A stretch of DNA of 48,583 nucleotides from Bacteroidota bacterium. GTDB lineage: Bacteria; Bacteroidota; Bacteroidia; Bacteroidales; M50B96. The notes below the pieces were generated by a model, which saw only the letters and a list, made by a program, of their open reading frames with translations, ran no database searches and was not told the DNA's origin. This document shows, piece by piece, positions 10,086 through 19,958 of this stretch. The stretch lies in the NCBI GenBank assembly GCA_024762835.1, contig JANTGP010000003.1, positions 1-48,583 on the forward strand, in the 5' to 3' direction. The position numbers and the translations under genes are program-made. Position 1 is the stretch's first letter, and every line of letters begins with the position of its first letter.

Positions 10086-11774
10086 ATGGCAGACGACAAG
10101 AAGATTATTTTTTCGATGGTTGGGGTAAATAAAATTTATCCGCCACAAAAGCAAGTGCTAAAGGACATATACCTTTCGTTTTTTTATGGTGCCAAAATAG
10201 GAATTATCGGTCTTAACGGCTCAGGAAAATCCAGCTTAATGAAAATTATTGCCGGACAAGATAAAGCTTATCAGGGAGAAGTTGTTTTTTCACCCGGCTA
10301 CTCTGTAGGGTATTTAGAACAAGAACCTCATTTAGATGATAATAAAACAGTTAAGCAGGTTGTAGAGGAAGGTGTGCAAGATGTAGTTGATGTTTTAAAG
10401 GCTTATGAGGATATTAATTTAAAGTTTGCTTTGCCCGAGGTTTATGAGAATCCCGATAAGATGGAAGCTCTTATGCAGGAGCAAGCTCTATTGCAAGATA
10501 AGATAGACCAATTTGATGCCTGGAATCTCGATACAAAACTTAATAGAGCAATGGATGCATTACGTTGTCCGGAAAGCGATAAGTCAGTAAAGGTGTTGTC
10601 TGGTGGCGAAAAACGCCGTGTAGCATTATGCAGACTTTTACTGAGCGAGCCCGATGTATTGTTGCTTGACGAGCCTACAAACCATCTTGATGCTGAGTCT
10701 GTTCAATGGCTTGAGATGCATCTTCAGCAATATAAAGGGACAGTAATTGCTATTACTCACGACCGCTATTTTCTTGACAATGTTGCGGGTTGGATACTAG
10801 AACTAGACAGAGGTGAAGGAATTCCTTGGAAAGGAAATTACTCGTCATGGCTTGAGCAGAAAACCACTCGCATGGCAATGGAGGAGAAAACAGCATCGAA
10901 ACGACGTAAAACACTTGAACGAGAATTGGAATGGGTACGTATGGCGCCAAAAGCACGTCATGCAAAATCCAAAGCCAGACTTGCATCTTACGACAAACTT
11001 TTAAACGAAGACATAAAACAGAAAGAAGATAAGTTGGAAATTTTTATACCAAATGGTCCTCGGCTTGGTAATCAGGTAATTGAAGCAAATTCTGTATTTA
11101 AGGCTTTTGATGATAAATTGTTATTTGAAAATCTGAATTTTATGTTACCACCTAACGGAATTGTTGGTGTAATAGGAGCAAACGGAGCAGGAAAAACTAC
11201 CTTATTTCGTATGATAATGGGGCTTGAAGATATTAATTCCGGTTCGTTTAAGGTGGGAGAGACGGTTAAGATTGGATATGTGGACCAGACTCATACAGCA
11301 ATTGACCCCAATAAATCTGTTTTTGAAGTAGTCTCCGGTGGTGCTGAAAATATTGCTGTTGGAGGTAAAGTGATAAATGCACGTGCTTATGTTGCACGCT
11401 TTAATTTTAGTGGTGCCGATCAGGGAAAGAAGTGCGGTGTTTTATCTGGTGGCGAAAGAAACAGGTTACATCTTGCTCTTACCCTGAAAGAGGAATCTAA
11501 TGTGTTATTGCTTGATGAACCGACAAACGATATTGATGTAAATACTCTTAGAGCACTCGAAGAAGGACTTCTTGATTTTGCCGGTTGTGCGGTAATTATT
11601 ACTCACGATAGATGGTTTCTCGATAGAGTAGCAACTCATATTCTTGCTTTTGAAGGAAATTCACAAGTTTATTATTTTGAGGGAAGTTATTCCGAATACG
11701 AGATTAATAAGAAAAAGCGATTGAACGATGCCGGACCAAGCAGGATTAGATATAAGAAACTTACAAAAGACTAA
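10086..11774 (+). CDS. ettA: Energy-dependent translational throttle ABC-F ATPase
   Basis: Two ABC domains (GLNGSGKS, GANGAGKT, LSGGE twice), SFFYGAKIG, RELEWVR linker. Confidence 0.96.
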   Translation: MADDKKIIFSMVGVNKIYPPQKQVLKDIYLSFFYGAKIGIIGLNGSGKSSLMKIIAGQDKAYQGEVVFSPGYSVGYLEQEPHLDDNKTVKQVVEEGVQDVVDVLKAYEDINLKFALPEVYENPDKMEALMQEQALLQDKIDQFDAWNLDTKLNRAMDALRCPESDKSVKVLSGGEKRRVALCRLLLSEPDVLLLDEPTNHLDAESVQWLEMHLQQYKGTVIAITHDRYFLDNVAGWILELDRGEGIPWKGNYSSWLEQKTTRMAMEEKTASKRRKTLERELEWVRMAPKARHAKSKARLASYDKLLNEDIKQKEDKLEIFIPNGPRLGNQVIEANSVFKAFDDKLLFENLNFMLPPNGIVGVIGANGAGKTTLFRMIMGLEDINSGSFKVGETVKIGYVDQTHTAIDPNKSVFEVVSGGAENIAVGGKVINARAYVARFNFSGADQGKKCGVLSGGERNRLHLALTLKEESNVLLLDEPTNDIDVNTLRALEEGLLDFAGCAVIITHDRWFLDRVATHILAFEGNSQVYYFEGSYSEYEINKKKRLNDAGPSRIRYKKLTKD

Positions 11775-11859
11775 TCCTAAAGATCTTCTGGGAAAGACCG
11801 TAGAACAATTGGTGTAATGTTAGTATGCCTGTATTAATGTTATCTGATAATATAAAATG

Positions 11860-13092
11860 TTAATACCCAAATCGCGGATTCACAACATTATTATAGATAG
11901 AACCAAAGCTGTATGAAATACCAAAATTGGTGTAATATGAATATTGTGTTGCCAGTTGTCTCTGCTGAAGCAAAACTTCTTCCTGTGTTGCAGCCAAGTT
12001 TGGCAATGATAACTGGTCGTGTATAAGATTGGCATTTAGATTCAGATTTATTGACAGACCTCTGAAAAGATTGAGGTTAATTTCTGTATTGACGTTCAGA
12101 TTATTTTTTGTAAAATCGTGGAGATATGCCCCTCCTGATACACCTGCCTCTAGTGAACCCCACTTGGTTATATATTTATAGGCAATATTCAATTCCTGAC
12201 GTATTAAATTCTCACTAATCTTATCATATAAGGTAGTGTCAATATAATCATTATGAGTGTATCCCGCTAAATAGAGTAAGCGTAATTGCTTTGTTGTTGA
12301 TTCGGAATACGGAAAGATATTATACTCAATAGCAGCATTTGCCGAATAATTGAGCTTCATATTATTGTAGGTTGAGCTTCCTAATTCTATTTGAGCACCC
12401 GAAGACCAATGTTCGCCCATACTTTTTACAACCAGACTTTCAAAACGTCTGTTTTTATTGATATTTACATAATCGCTATTTTCTAATTTATATACCGATT
12501 TGCTATTCCGGTTTGACAAAGACATCTCAATTTTCCAGTCTTCGGTTATCCTGTTTGCGGAGGCATTTGTCCAGATAGAAAAATTGCTATATGACTCTTC
12601 ACCATGTCCCCAGCCGCCCAAATTTAGTTCGTAAATCCAGTTGTCCCATTTATCAACAATCTCTGTTGTGGTTTCGTGGTTATAATCAACCGAGAACAAA
12701 TTAGCTAGTGGTGTTTTTGCGATATATCTTATCAAACCAAACTTTATTGTTCTAATTTGTCCATCTCTTATATCTTCTTCTGAGCTATTAGGCAGCGATA
12801 CAAACTTAATTGTATCAGTCATCTTACTAAAATTTCTCTGTCCGTTAAAGCTTATTGCAAATTCTTTGCCTCCCGCACCTGTTGTTTGCGATGTAATAAT
12901 AATATGTACATCAGCATCTTTTCTGTCGCGTACATAATTAACATAAGGTATCTCATTCTTAATATGATTGATATCACAAAAGTTACAGTCGATAAATACA
13001 CTTATTTTGTTTTGGTTTATAGTATCCTTTTGTGAAAATACTCCGGTTACAAAGACTAATAGTAAGAATGCTGTTGAAAGTATAATTTTCAT
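11860..13092 (-). CDS. Putative outer-membrane beta-barrel protein (DUF481-like) with N-terminal CxxC domain
   Basis: Signal peptide, FIDCNFCD, many amphipathic beta-strands, aromatic C-terminus (VVNPRFGY). Confidence 0.6.
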   Translation of the reverse strand: MKIILSTAFLLLVFVTGVFSQKDTINQNKISVFIDCNFCDINHIKNEIPYVNYVRDRKDADVHIIITSQTTGAGGKEFAISFNGQRNFSKMTDTIKFVSLPNSSEEDIRDGQIRTIKFGLIRYIAKTPLANLFSVDYNHETTTEIVDKWDNWIYELNLGGWGHGEESYSNFSIWTNASANRITEDWKIEMSLSNRNSKSVYKLENSDYVNINKNRRFESLVVKSMGEHWSSGAQIELGSSTYNNMKLNYSANAAIEYNIFPYSESTTKQLRLLYLAGYTHNDYIDTTLYDKISENLIRQELNIAYKYITKWGSLEAGVSGGAYLHDFTKNNLNVNTEINLNLFRGLSINLNLNANLIHDQLSLPNLAATQEEVLLQQRQLATQYSYYTNFGISYSFGSIYNNVVNPRFGY

Positions 13093-13360
13093 AATTAAAG
13101 TTTAGTTTATTTGAAAACAAAGAAATTAAGATTTTGGTATAATTAGTCGAGTAAATTTATCTTATAAATATATGTTCTAGATATTCCCATTCCTAGTAAT
13201 ATGAGTAAAGGTGATTATCTTTATATTAAAACGAAGCAAAAATATTTTTTGAAATGATACAATTAGTATGTAGCTAATCAAATGTAAAAATGTTTTATGG
13301 TTAATTTTTACCAGATAAGACTAAAGGGATAGTAGTTTTGAATAATCAGGGCTAAGATGT

Positions 13361-14059
13361 TCACAATATATTCATTCCGAAAACATCTGCAAATTTTAAT
13401 TTTACAATATTCTTGACAAAGTCAATATCTTGTTTTTTGCCAAGCTCTTTTTCAAGCGAAGTAACACCTTTATCAGTAAACCCACATGGGTTTATGTATG
13501 AAAAAAAATCAAGATTTGTGTTTATGTTAAATGCTAAACCGTGCATACTAACAAAACGGCTTGTTCGCACACCAATAGCACAAATCTTGCGGGCATTTGT
13601 TTTGCTGTCTGCATCGAGCCAAACACCGGTTGCCCCTTCAAGCCTTGATGATTCAATGTTAAATTCTTTAAGGGTTTGAATTATTACTTCTTCAAGAGCA
13701 TTGATGTAATCTTTAAGTCCAAGTGAGAAATTATCCAAATCAATTATCGGATATACAACGAGTTGTCCCGGACCATGATAAGTTATATCTCCGCCTCTGT
13801 TTGTTTTAAAGAATGTAACATCAAGCTTTTGCATTTCAACAAAACTTGTAAGCAAGTTGTTTTCCGAGCCACTTTTCCCTAAGGTGTAAACATTTGGGTG
13901 TTCGACAAAAAGCAAATAGTTTAGTGTTTCAACCTTTTTCTCAGATTTTTTATTTGCCAATTTCCTGGCAATTGTTTTATCAAATAGGTTTTCTTGATAA
14001 GCCCAAGCTTTTTTGTATTCTATCAACCCTAGGTCTTTAAATGAAACTTCTTTATTCAT
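13361..14059 (-). CDS. lipB: Lipoyl(octanoyl) transferase
   Basis: EHPNVYTLG, RGGDITYHGPGQLV, RKICAIG, HGLAFN, INPCG. ATG at 14059 (MNKEV) preferred to the ORF-track start at 14128. Confidence 0.95.
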   Translation of the reverse strand: MNKEVSFKDLGLIEYKKAWAYQENLFDKTIARKLANKKSEKKVETLNYLLFVEHPNVYTLGKSGSENNLLTSFVEMQKLDVTFFKTNRGGDITYHGPGQLVVYPIIDLDNFSLGLKDYINALEEVIIQTLKEFNIESSRLEGATGVWLDADSKTNARKICAIGVRTSRFVSMHGLAFNINTNLDFFSYINPCGFTDKGVTSLEKELGKKQDIDFVKNIVKLKFADVFGMNIL

Positions 14060-14174
14060 GTCTTTCAATAATTTTAAGCAATAAATTACACTAATTGATA
14101 AAGTTTCACAATGCGAACAACAAACCAAAAACCCTTGTCTCTAATATTGTTTCGCATTTCTCAACAATTAATAC

Positions 14175-15035
14175 TTAAACTACATGTTTTTCTGCATGGT
14201 AAGAGCTTCGTACAAGCGGACTGCTCTCAATATGTTTAAAGCCCTTTTCAATACCTGCCAATCTGTATTTTTCAAATATCTTTGGTTTTACATATTCCGA
14301 AACTTCAATATGGTTTTTTGTTGGTTGCAGATATTGACCTATCGTCATTACGCTAACTCCGACTTCTCGTAAATCATTCATACATTCAAGAACTTCTTGC
14401 TCTGTTTCGCCTAAGCCCAGCATAATACCCGACTTTGACACAAGACCGGATTCTGCTATTTGTTTTAACAGTTTTAAGCTAACATCATATTTGGCTTTAG
14501 TTCGTATTTCAGGTGTTATTCTGCGTACTGTTTCAAGATTATGTGAAATTACTTCAGGTCCGGCATCAATAATTTGTTGAATAAGCCGGGAGTTTCCATT
14601 AAAATCTGGAATTAGAACTTCCATCGTAACATTTGGGTTGTATTGCTTGATAGCCTTTATTGTTTGTGTCCAAATTTCAGCTCCACCGTCTGAAAGATCA
14701 TCGCGGTCAACCGATGTAATAACTACATGTTTTAGTTTTAGCAATTTAACTGATTCTGCAATTTTTTTCGGTTCGTCATAATCAACAGCTAATGGTTTGC
14801 CGGTTTTTACGTTACAGAATTTACATGCCCGTGTACAAATATCTCCAAGTATCATAAATGTTGCTGTTCCGTTTCCCCAACATTCTGCCTGATTAGGACA
14901 ACTTCCGCTTGTACATATAGTATTTAATTTGTGTTCGCGAATTATTCCACGAACCATTTTTACATTTTCGCCAAGAGGTAAACGTATCTTTAACCAATCG
15001 GGTTTACGTCGTGAGTTTTGCTTTTTTATTTCCAT
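14175..15035 (-). CDS. lipA: Lipoyl synthase
   Basis: KPDWLK, CTSGSCPNQAEC (CX4CX5C), CTRACKFC radical SAM motif, PLVRSSYHA. Confidence 0.97.
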   Translation of the reverse strand: MEIKKQNSRRKPDWLKIRLPLGENVKMVRGIIREHKLNTICTSGSCPNQAECWGNGTATFMILGDICTRACKFCNVKTGKPLAVDYDEPKKIAESVKLLKLKHVVITSVDRDDLSDGGAEIWTQTIKAIKQYNPNVTMEVLIPDFNGNSRLIQQIIDAGPEVISHNLETVRRITPEIRTKAKYDVSLKLLKQIAESGLVSKSGIMLGLGETEQEVLECMNDLREVGVSVMTIGQYLQPTKNHIEVSEYVKPKIFEKYRLAGIEKGFKHIESSPLVRSSYHAEKHVV

Positions 15036-15048
15036 TATATATGATAAA

Positions 15049-17223
15049 TCAATTAAGGTTTACCAAAGTCATCTCATCAACCAAATGTCCTGCTCCGGCA
15101 AACTTATCAATTACAAAAAGAACATAACGAATATCAACACAAATAGTTCGTTGTAAATCTTGCTCAAATGAAATATCTCCACTCATAGCTTCCCAGTTCC
15201 CATCGAAAGCCAGACCTATCAGGTTTCCTTCACCATCAATAACAGGGCTACCCGAGTTTCCTCCGGTAATATCATTTGTTGTAATAAAATTTACCTTCAT
15301 TTGGCCGTTTTTGTCACCATATCTGCCATAATCTTTCGTTTCGTAAAGTTCTTTCATTTTAGCAGGAAGGTCAAATTCCCAATTCCCCGGAATTTCTTTT
15401 TCAACAACACCTTTTAAAGTTGTATATTCTTTATAATGAACAGCATCACGCGGATAGTAATCTTCAACTCTCCCATAGGTAAGTCGCATTGTAAAGTTGG
15501 CATCGGGATAAAAAGTCTTATTATTTTCCATTTCTCTTAATCCTGCAATAAATAATCTATTGCCTTTATTTAGAAGCTCATTTGCTTCAACTTGCTTGTT
15601 TTGTGATACGATATAATTATTAATAAATGATCTCATCAATTTAAATGTAATATCCTTTGAAATGGACTTTGGATTCTCAACAAGCTCAAGTAGTTTCTCT
15701 TTATCGGCAAAGACAGATTTTTTAAATACTTTCTTTACAAATTTGTCAAATCCGGCATCTGTTTGTCCGGCTTTATATTTATGGGCTATCTTTTTAAATT
15801 CCTCAGGCTGAAGGCTATCCACAACGTTGTTATAATACATTGATAACATTGCCGAAAGGAGTTTTTTATCGGTTTGTAAGTCGTAATCTTTAAAATGTTT
15901 CTCAATCTTTTTTATTAGAGATGCTTTAGCTTTCTCAGCGTCCTTGGTCTTTCCTTTTGCCAGATTGTTTATTCCTTGAAGACTATATGCCAGTGGGATA
16001 ATTTCACTTCCCTGAAAAATAGCTTCCATAAAATACTCATCTGCTTTTTTGTATATCGATAATGTTTTATATGCTTTTTCAATATTACCAAGTGTATTTT
16101 TATAGATTTCTCTACGATTATGATTAAGATTAACCCAATCGGTAAATCTATCTTCAAGCTCCTTTTTCTTATCAACAACCTTGTTTTGTTTCAGTTGTTT
16201 AATTTCACCAATACTGTATTTCCAGTAGTTTGAAGTTCTTGCTTGCTTCGATGCATATTTAATCCTCACATCGTCGTTAGCATCCATGGCTTCGCGATAA
16301 ATGTCCAGTTTTTTTGTGCGTACATCTACAATTGTAGGTGCTGATTCATTTAGTTCCAATTCAACACCCCAAGAGGTAAGATAACGGTTGGTTCTGCCGG
16401 GATAACCCATTATCATAGCATAGTCGCCTTTTTTTACACCACCAAGCGATATAGGTAAATGATGCTTTGGTTTTAATGGAATATTATCAGGTGAGTATTC
16501 AGCAGGAGTACCGTCGGGTGCTGTGTACACCCTGAACATACAAAAATCGCCTTTATGACGTGGCCACATCCAGTTATCGGTATCAGCACCATATTTACCA
16601 ATTCCCCAAGGAGGAGTAGCAACAAGCCTGATGTCTTTAAATGTTTCGTACACAAAAAGGTAAAATTCATTACCCCCGAAAAATGACTTTACACGTGCAT
16701 CATAATGTGTATCTTTAACTGCCTCATCTTGTATCCTTTTAGAGATACGACGAATAATCATTTGCCTTTCTTCTTCAGATAACTGATTACCATTAGAGTT
16801 AATTAAACTATCGTTTATTTGTTTACTTACATCTTCCATCCTGATAAGAAACTTAACAGTTAAGCCCGGATTGATAAGCTCTTCGCTTTTATTCATCGAC
16901 CAAAAGCCATCTGTAAGATAATCATGTTCCATTGAGCTGTGTTCCTGAATCTGACCTAAGCCGCAATGGTGGTTTGTAAGAACAAGACCTTGCGATGAAA
17001 TAATTTCCCCTGTGCATCCACCTCCAAACTGTATAATAGCATCTTTAAGACTTGAGTGATTAACACTATATATTTCTTCGGGAGTAAGTTTACACCCCAG
17101 TTTTTGCATATCGGCATAGTTAAGTCTTTTGACAAACATAGGTATCCACATTCCTTCGTCGGCATTGCTAAATACGGGAAAAAGAAATACAGAAGTCAAT
17201 AGTAGTAATAGTAATCGTTTCAT
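15049..17223 (-). CDS. S46 family dipeptidyl-peptidase (DPP7-like)
   Basis: ADEGMW, TNHHC, DNWMWPRHKGDF, TGGNSGSPV catalytic Ser, FDGNWE. Confidence 0.93.
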   Translation of the reverse strand: MKRLLLLLLTSVFLFPVFSNADEGMWIPMFVKRLNYADMQKLGCKLTPEEIYSVNHSSLKDAIIQFGGGCTGEIISSQGLVLTNHHCGLGQIQEHSSMEHDYLTDGFWSMNKSEELINPGLTVKFLIRMEDVSKQINDSLINSNGNQLSEEERQMIIRRISKRIQDEAVKDTHYDARVKSFFGGNEFYLFVYETFKDIRLVATPPWGIGKYGADTDNWMWPRHKGDFCMFRVYTAPDGTPAEYSPDNIPLKPKHHLPISLGGVKKGDYAMIMGYPGRTNRYLTSWGVELELNESAPTIVDVRTKKLDIYREAMDANDDVRIKYASKQARTSNYWKYSIGEIKQLKQNKVVDKKKELEDRFTDWVNLNHNRREIYKNTLGNIEKAYKTLSIYKKADEYFMEAIFQGSEIIPLAYSLQGINNLAKGKTKDAEKAKASLIKKIEKHFKDYDLQTDKKLLSAMLSMYYNNVVDSLQPEEFKKIAHKYKAGQTDAGFDKFVKKVFKKSVFADKEKLLELVENPKSISKDITFKLMRSFINNYIVSQNKQVEANELLNKGNRLFIAGLREMENNKTFYPDANFTMRLTYGRVEDYYPRDAVHYKEYTTLKGVVEKEIPGNWEFDLPAKMKELYETKDYGRYGDKNGQMKVNFITTNDITGGNSGSPVIDGEGNLIGLAFDGNWEAMSGDISFEQDLQRTICVDIRYVLFVIDKFAGAGHLVDEMTLVNLN

Positions 17224-17467
17224 TTAATAATTTTTCATTTAATAATCCGTAATAGTTTTTAGTTTGCGAAGATAAAAAAAGGAATTTTTAGAACCCTCCT
17301 TAAATTACAATGTTTTTAATTTTAACCGCTTTCGCACGAATAATGATATTAAGAAAAGTACTTAAATACTCTACAAGTGAACAGTATTCAATTTATTTAT
17401 AAAACGCTCAAAATATCTGACAATTAACATACGATGTAATATCTATTGATAATTATAACGAATTCAG

Positions 17468-17475
17468 TATATTTG
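17468..17475 (+). promoter_or_regulatory. Bacteroidota -7 promoter box upstream of the TA pair
   Basis: TATATTTG matches TAnnTTTG. Confidence 0.5.
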
Positions 17476-17640
17476 TAGTATTAATAAATGGAATAATTAT
17501 CGAGACAGTTTGTAGTTTTATTTCTGATAATAAATCTCTTAGGTAATACGAAAAGTTGAAAAATTGTTAGCTGACAAAATTGAACTTGTAAAAGAGTTTA
17601 TAGATGCTTTTTTAAAATAAACATTAATTATAATGCTACT

Positions 17641-17889
17641 ATGAAAATACAACAAATACAAGCAGAAAAACTTGATCTAATTGGTTGGATTTATAATATT
17701 CAGGATATTTCTATTATTGAGAAATTAAAGAGTATACAGAAAAATACTATTCTTGAAAAATATGAAGTTTCGCTTAAACCAATGAGCGAGAAAGAACTAT
17801 TAGACCGGGCAAAAGAAGCAAATAAAGCTATTGAGAATAACGATGTAACTTTGCAAGACGATTTAAAAAAAGAAACTGAAAACTGGTAG
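17641..17889 (+). CDS. Putative type II antitoxin
   Basis: 82 aa ORF ending 1 bp before a RelE/ParE gene; acidic C-terminal end (DDLKKETENW). Confidence 0.7.
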   Translation: MKIQQIQAEKLDLIGWIYNIQDISIIEKLKSIQKNTILEKYEVSLKPMSEKELLDRAKEANKAIENNDVTLQDDLKKETENW

Positions 17890-17890
17890 A

Positions 17891-18184
17891 ATGAATATTA
17901 TTTGGACTAATCCGGCTAAAAATGATTTAAGAAAAATATTTAATTACTTTAAAAATAAAGTTTCTTTAAGATTAGCTCAAAAGATTGTTAATTCTATTCT
18001 TACGAATACCTCTATTCTTAAAACCCAAAACATTGGAACAAAGGAACTTTTACTTGCACAGCTTGAACAAGAACACCGTTTTATTATTGATGGTAACTAC
18101 AAAATAATTTATATTATTAAAGGCAATACTGTTTATATTACCCATGTTTTTGATACTCGCCAAAATCCTACTAAACTAAAATAA
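17891..18184 (+). CDS. Type II toxin, RelE/ParE family
   Basis: MNIIWTNPAKNDLRKIFNY...YKIIY...VYITHVFDTRQNP. Confidence 0.9.
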   Translation: MNIIWTNPAKNDLRKIFNYFKNKVSLRLAQKIVNSILTNTSILKTQNIGTKELLLAQLEQEHRFIIDGNYKIIYIIKGNTVYITHVFDTRQNPTKLK

Positions 18185-18203
18185 AGAACAATAATTTATT
18201 TTC

Positions 18204-18211
18204 TATCTTTG
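18204..18211 (+). promoter_or_regulatory. Bacteroidota -7 promoter box upstream of the OmpA/MotB gene
   Basis: TATCTTTG about 60 bp before the ATG. Confidence 0.6.
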
Positions 18212-18270
18212 TTCTCTCTTTTAGTAAAAGATAGAATTAATTAATCATGCTAAATACAATATAATACATA

Positions 18271-19320
18271 ATGAAGAATCTGATAAAAATAGCAATACTA
18301 ATGTTTCTTGGTGCAGTAGTATTTTCATGCGTGCCTTTAAATCAATTTAAAGAAGTAAAAACCCGTAATCTTGATTGTAGTCAGGAACGTGACTTGTTAA
18401 AAGTACAAAACGAACGATTGATTGTTGATACAACCGAAATGGGCGCTGAATTACGTTCACTTCTTGCCGACCAAAAGAATATGTTGAATGATACGGTTGA
18501 ATTGGGTAAGAAATACAGACGTCTTAAAGATTTATACAATAGTGCAGTTAAAATGAACGAAGATTTGACAGATAGTAAAAACGCTCTTGCAAGAGGAAGT
18601 GCTGCCGAGACAAAAAAGTTATTATCTGAATTGCAGTCTGCACAAGAAGACCTGCTTAGAAAAGAAGATGATTTACGCCGACTTGAAAGAGCTCTGAATA
18701 AGAAAAAAGAAAATCTGGACGCATTGCAAGCTGAGCTTGAAGACAGCAAGGCCATTTTGGCTCAGAAAAACCTGGAACTTGAAGAAAGAAACTCTCGTCT
18801 TATTGAGCTTGAGAATATGCTTAACAGAAAAGACTCGATTGTTAATGCTCTTAAAGATAAAGTTGCAGATGCTCTTGGCCAGTTTGAAAACGACGGTTTA
18901 AGCGTTGAGCTTAAAAACGGGAAAGTTTATGTTCGTCTCGAAGAGAAGTTATTATTTAAAACGGGGAAATGGGATGTTGACCCAAAAGGGAAAAAGGCAT
19001 TGGCAAAATTGGCTGCTGTATTAGAGCAAAATCCCGATATCTCAATTATGATTGAAGGACATACTGATGATGTACCTTTTAACGGAAAAAGTCAAATAAA
19101 AGACAATTGGGATTTAAGTGTAAAAAGAGCAACTTCAATTGTGAAAATATTGTTAGATGGTACAGGCATTGACCCTAAAAGACTTACAGCGTCAGGCAGA
19201 GGTCCGTATTTCCCTGTTGACCCTGCTAAAACGAAAGAAGCTCGTCAGAAAAATCGTCGTACAGAGATTATTCTTACCCCAAAACTTGATGAACTTTTTC
19301 AATTGCTTGAGAATAATTAG
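18271..19320 (+). CDS. OmpA/MotB-family peptidoglycan-binding lipoprotein with long coiled coil
   Basis: Lipobox VFSC; heptad-rich middle; IEGHTDDVP, NWDLSVKRA, KNRRTEI. Confidence 0.9.
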   Translation: MKNLIKIAILMFLGAVVFSCVPLNQFKEVKTRNLDCSQERDLLKVQNERLIVDTTEMGAELRSLLADQKNMLNDTVELGKKYRRLKDLYNSAVKMNEDLTDSKNALARGSAAETKKLLSELQSAQEDLLRKEDDLRRLERALNKKKENLDALQAELEDSKAILAQKNLELEERNSRLIELENMLNRKDSIVNALKDKVADALGQFENDGLSVELKNGKVYVRLEEKLLFKTGKWDVDPKGKKALAKLAAVLEQNPDISIMIEGHTDDVPFNGKSQIKDNWDLSVKRATSIVKILLDGTGIDPKRLTASGRGPYFPVDPAKTKEARQKNRRTEIILTPKLDELFQLLENN

Positions 19321-19437
19321 TAGCATGAAAGATTGCTAATATTTACAAGTTGGGTTGCATACAGTGAATCAATTCCAAGAAAGCATGTTGACCGATTAAC
19401 ATCTACCATAAAACTAAAGACCTTAAATTGTATAGAA

Positions 19438-19958
19438 ATGAGTTTAGAATTAACAAAACGAGAAAAATATTCAACCTTAGTTATAAGACCTAATAATATT
19501 AATTGGGGAATTGCAGGTTTCGTATCATTAATTTTTCTAGGATTTATTTATATCCTTATTCAGGCAATTATTCAATTGATAACTGGAGACTTAAACGTTT
19601 TATTTATAATATTTATAGGACTTTTCTTTTGGGGAGCCTATTACAATTTTTTCAACTTCTACTATATGATTTTAGGAAATGAAGTAATTGAAATTCATGA
19701 TAGTTTTATCAAGCAGACAAGAGCTGTTTGGAAAATAACTCATTCAAAAAAATATTTGAAATCCAGAATTAAAAAAATAGAAATAAATTATTCATCAAAT
19801 GAATTTGGATCAGTTGGACTTGAAATGTTTGGACTATCAAATATCAATGTGACCTTCAAATATGGAAAAAAAAAAGAATGATTGGTAAACAGATTAAAAT
19901 GGATGAAGCTAAAATTATTATTGGAGAATTGGAAAATAGAAAGTACGCAACCCAATAA
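19438..19958 (+). CDS. Hypothetical membrane protein (2 TM) carried by the cassette; frameshifted at A10 run 19866-19875
   Basis: ATG at 19438 (MSLELTK). As written it stops at 19881. One extra A gives YGKKKRMIGKQIKMDEAKIIIGELENRKYATQ*, ending at TAA 19956-19958 at the attC-like R'' box. Confidence 0.7.

Noticed and set aside
17440-17462. Fur-box-like TTGATAATTATAA
   Set aside because: Weak match in very AT-rich DNA and no iron-related gene downstream.
17566-18200. TA pair as a second attC cassette (GTTAGCT core at 17566)
   Set aside because: No complementary AGCTAAC box and no hairpin after the toxin stop; a 7-bp core can occur by chance.
18271-19320. Flagellar motor protein MotB
   Set aside because: It has a lipoprotein signal instead of the MotB TM helix, and no motA or flagellar genes are present; called OmpA/MotB-family only.
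19333-19437. ORF-track N-terminal extension of the cassette gene
   Set aside because: The TTG start lies outside the cassette boundary at 19350; ATG 19438 is more plausible.
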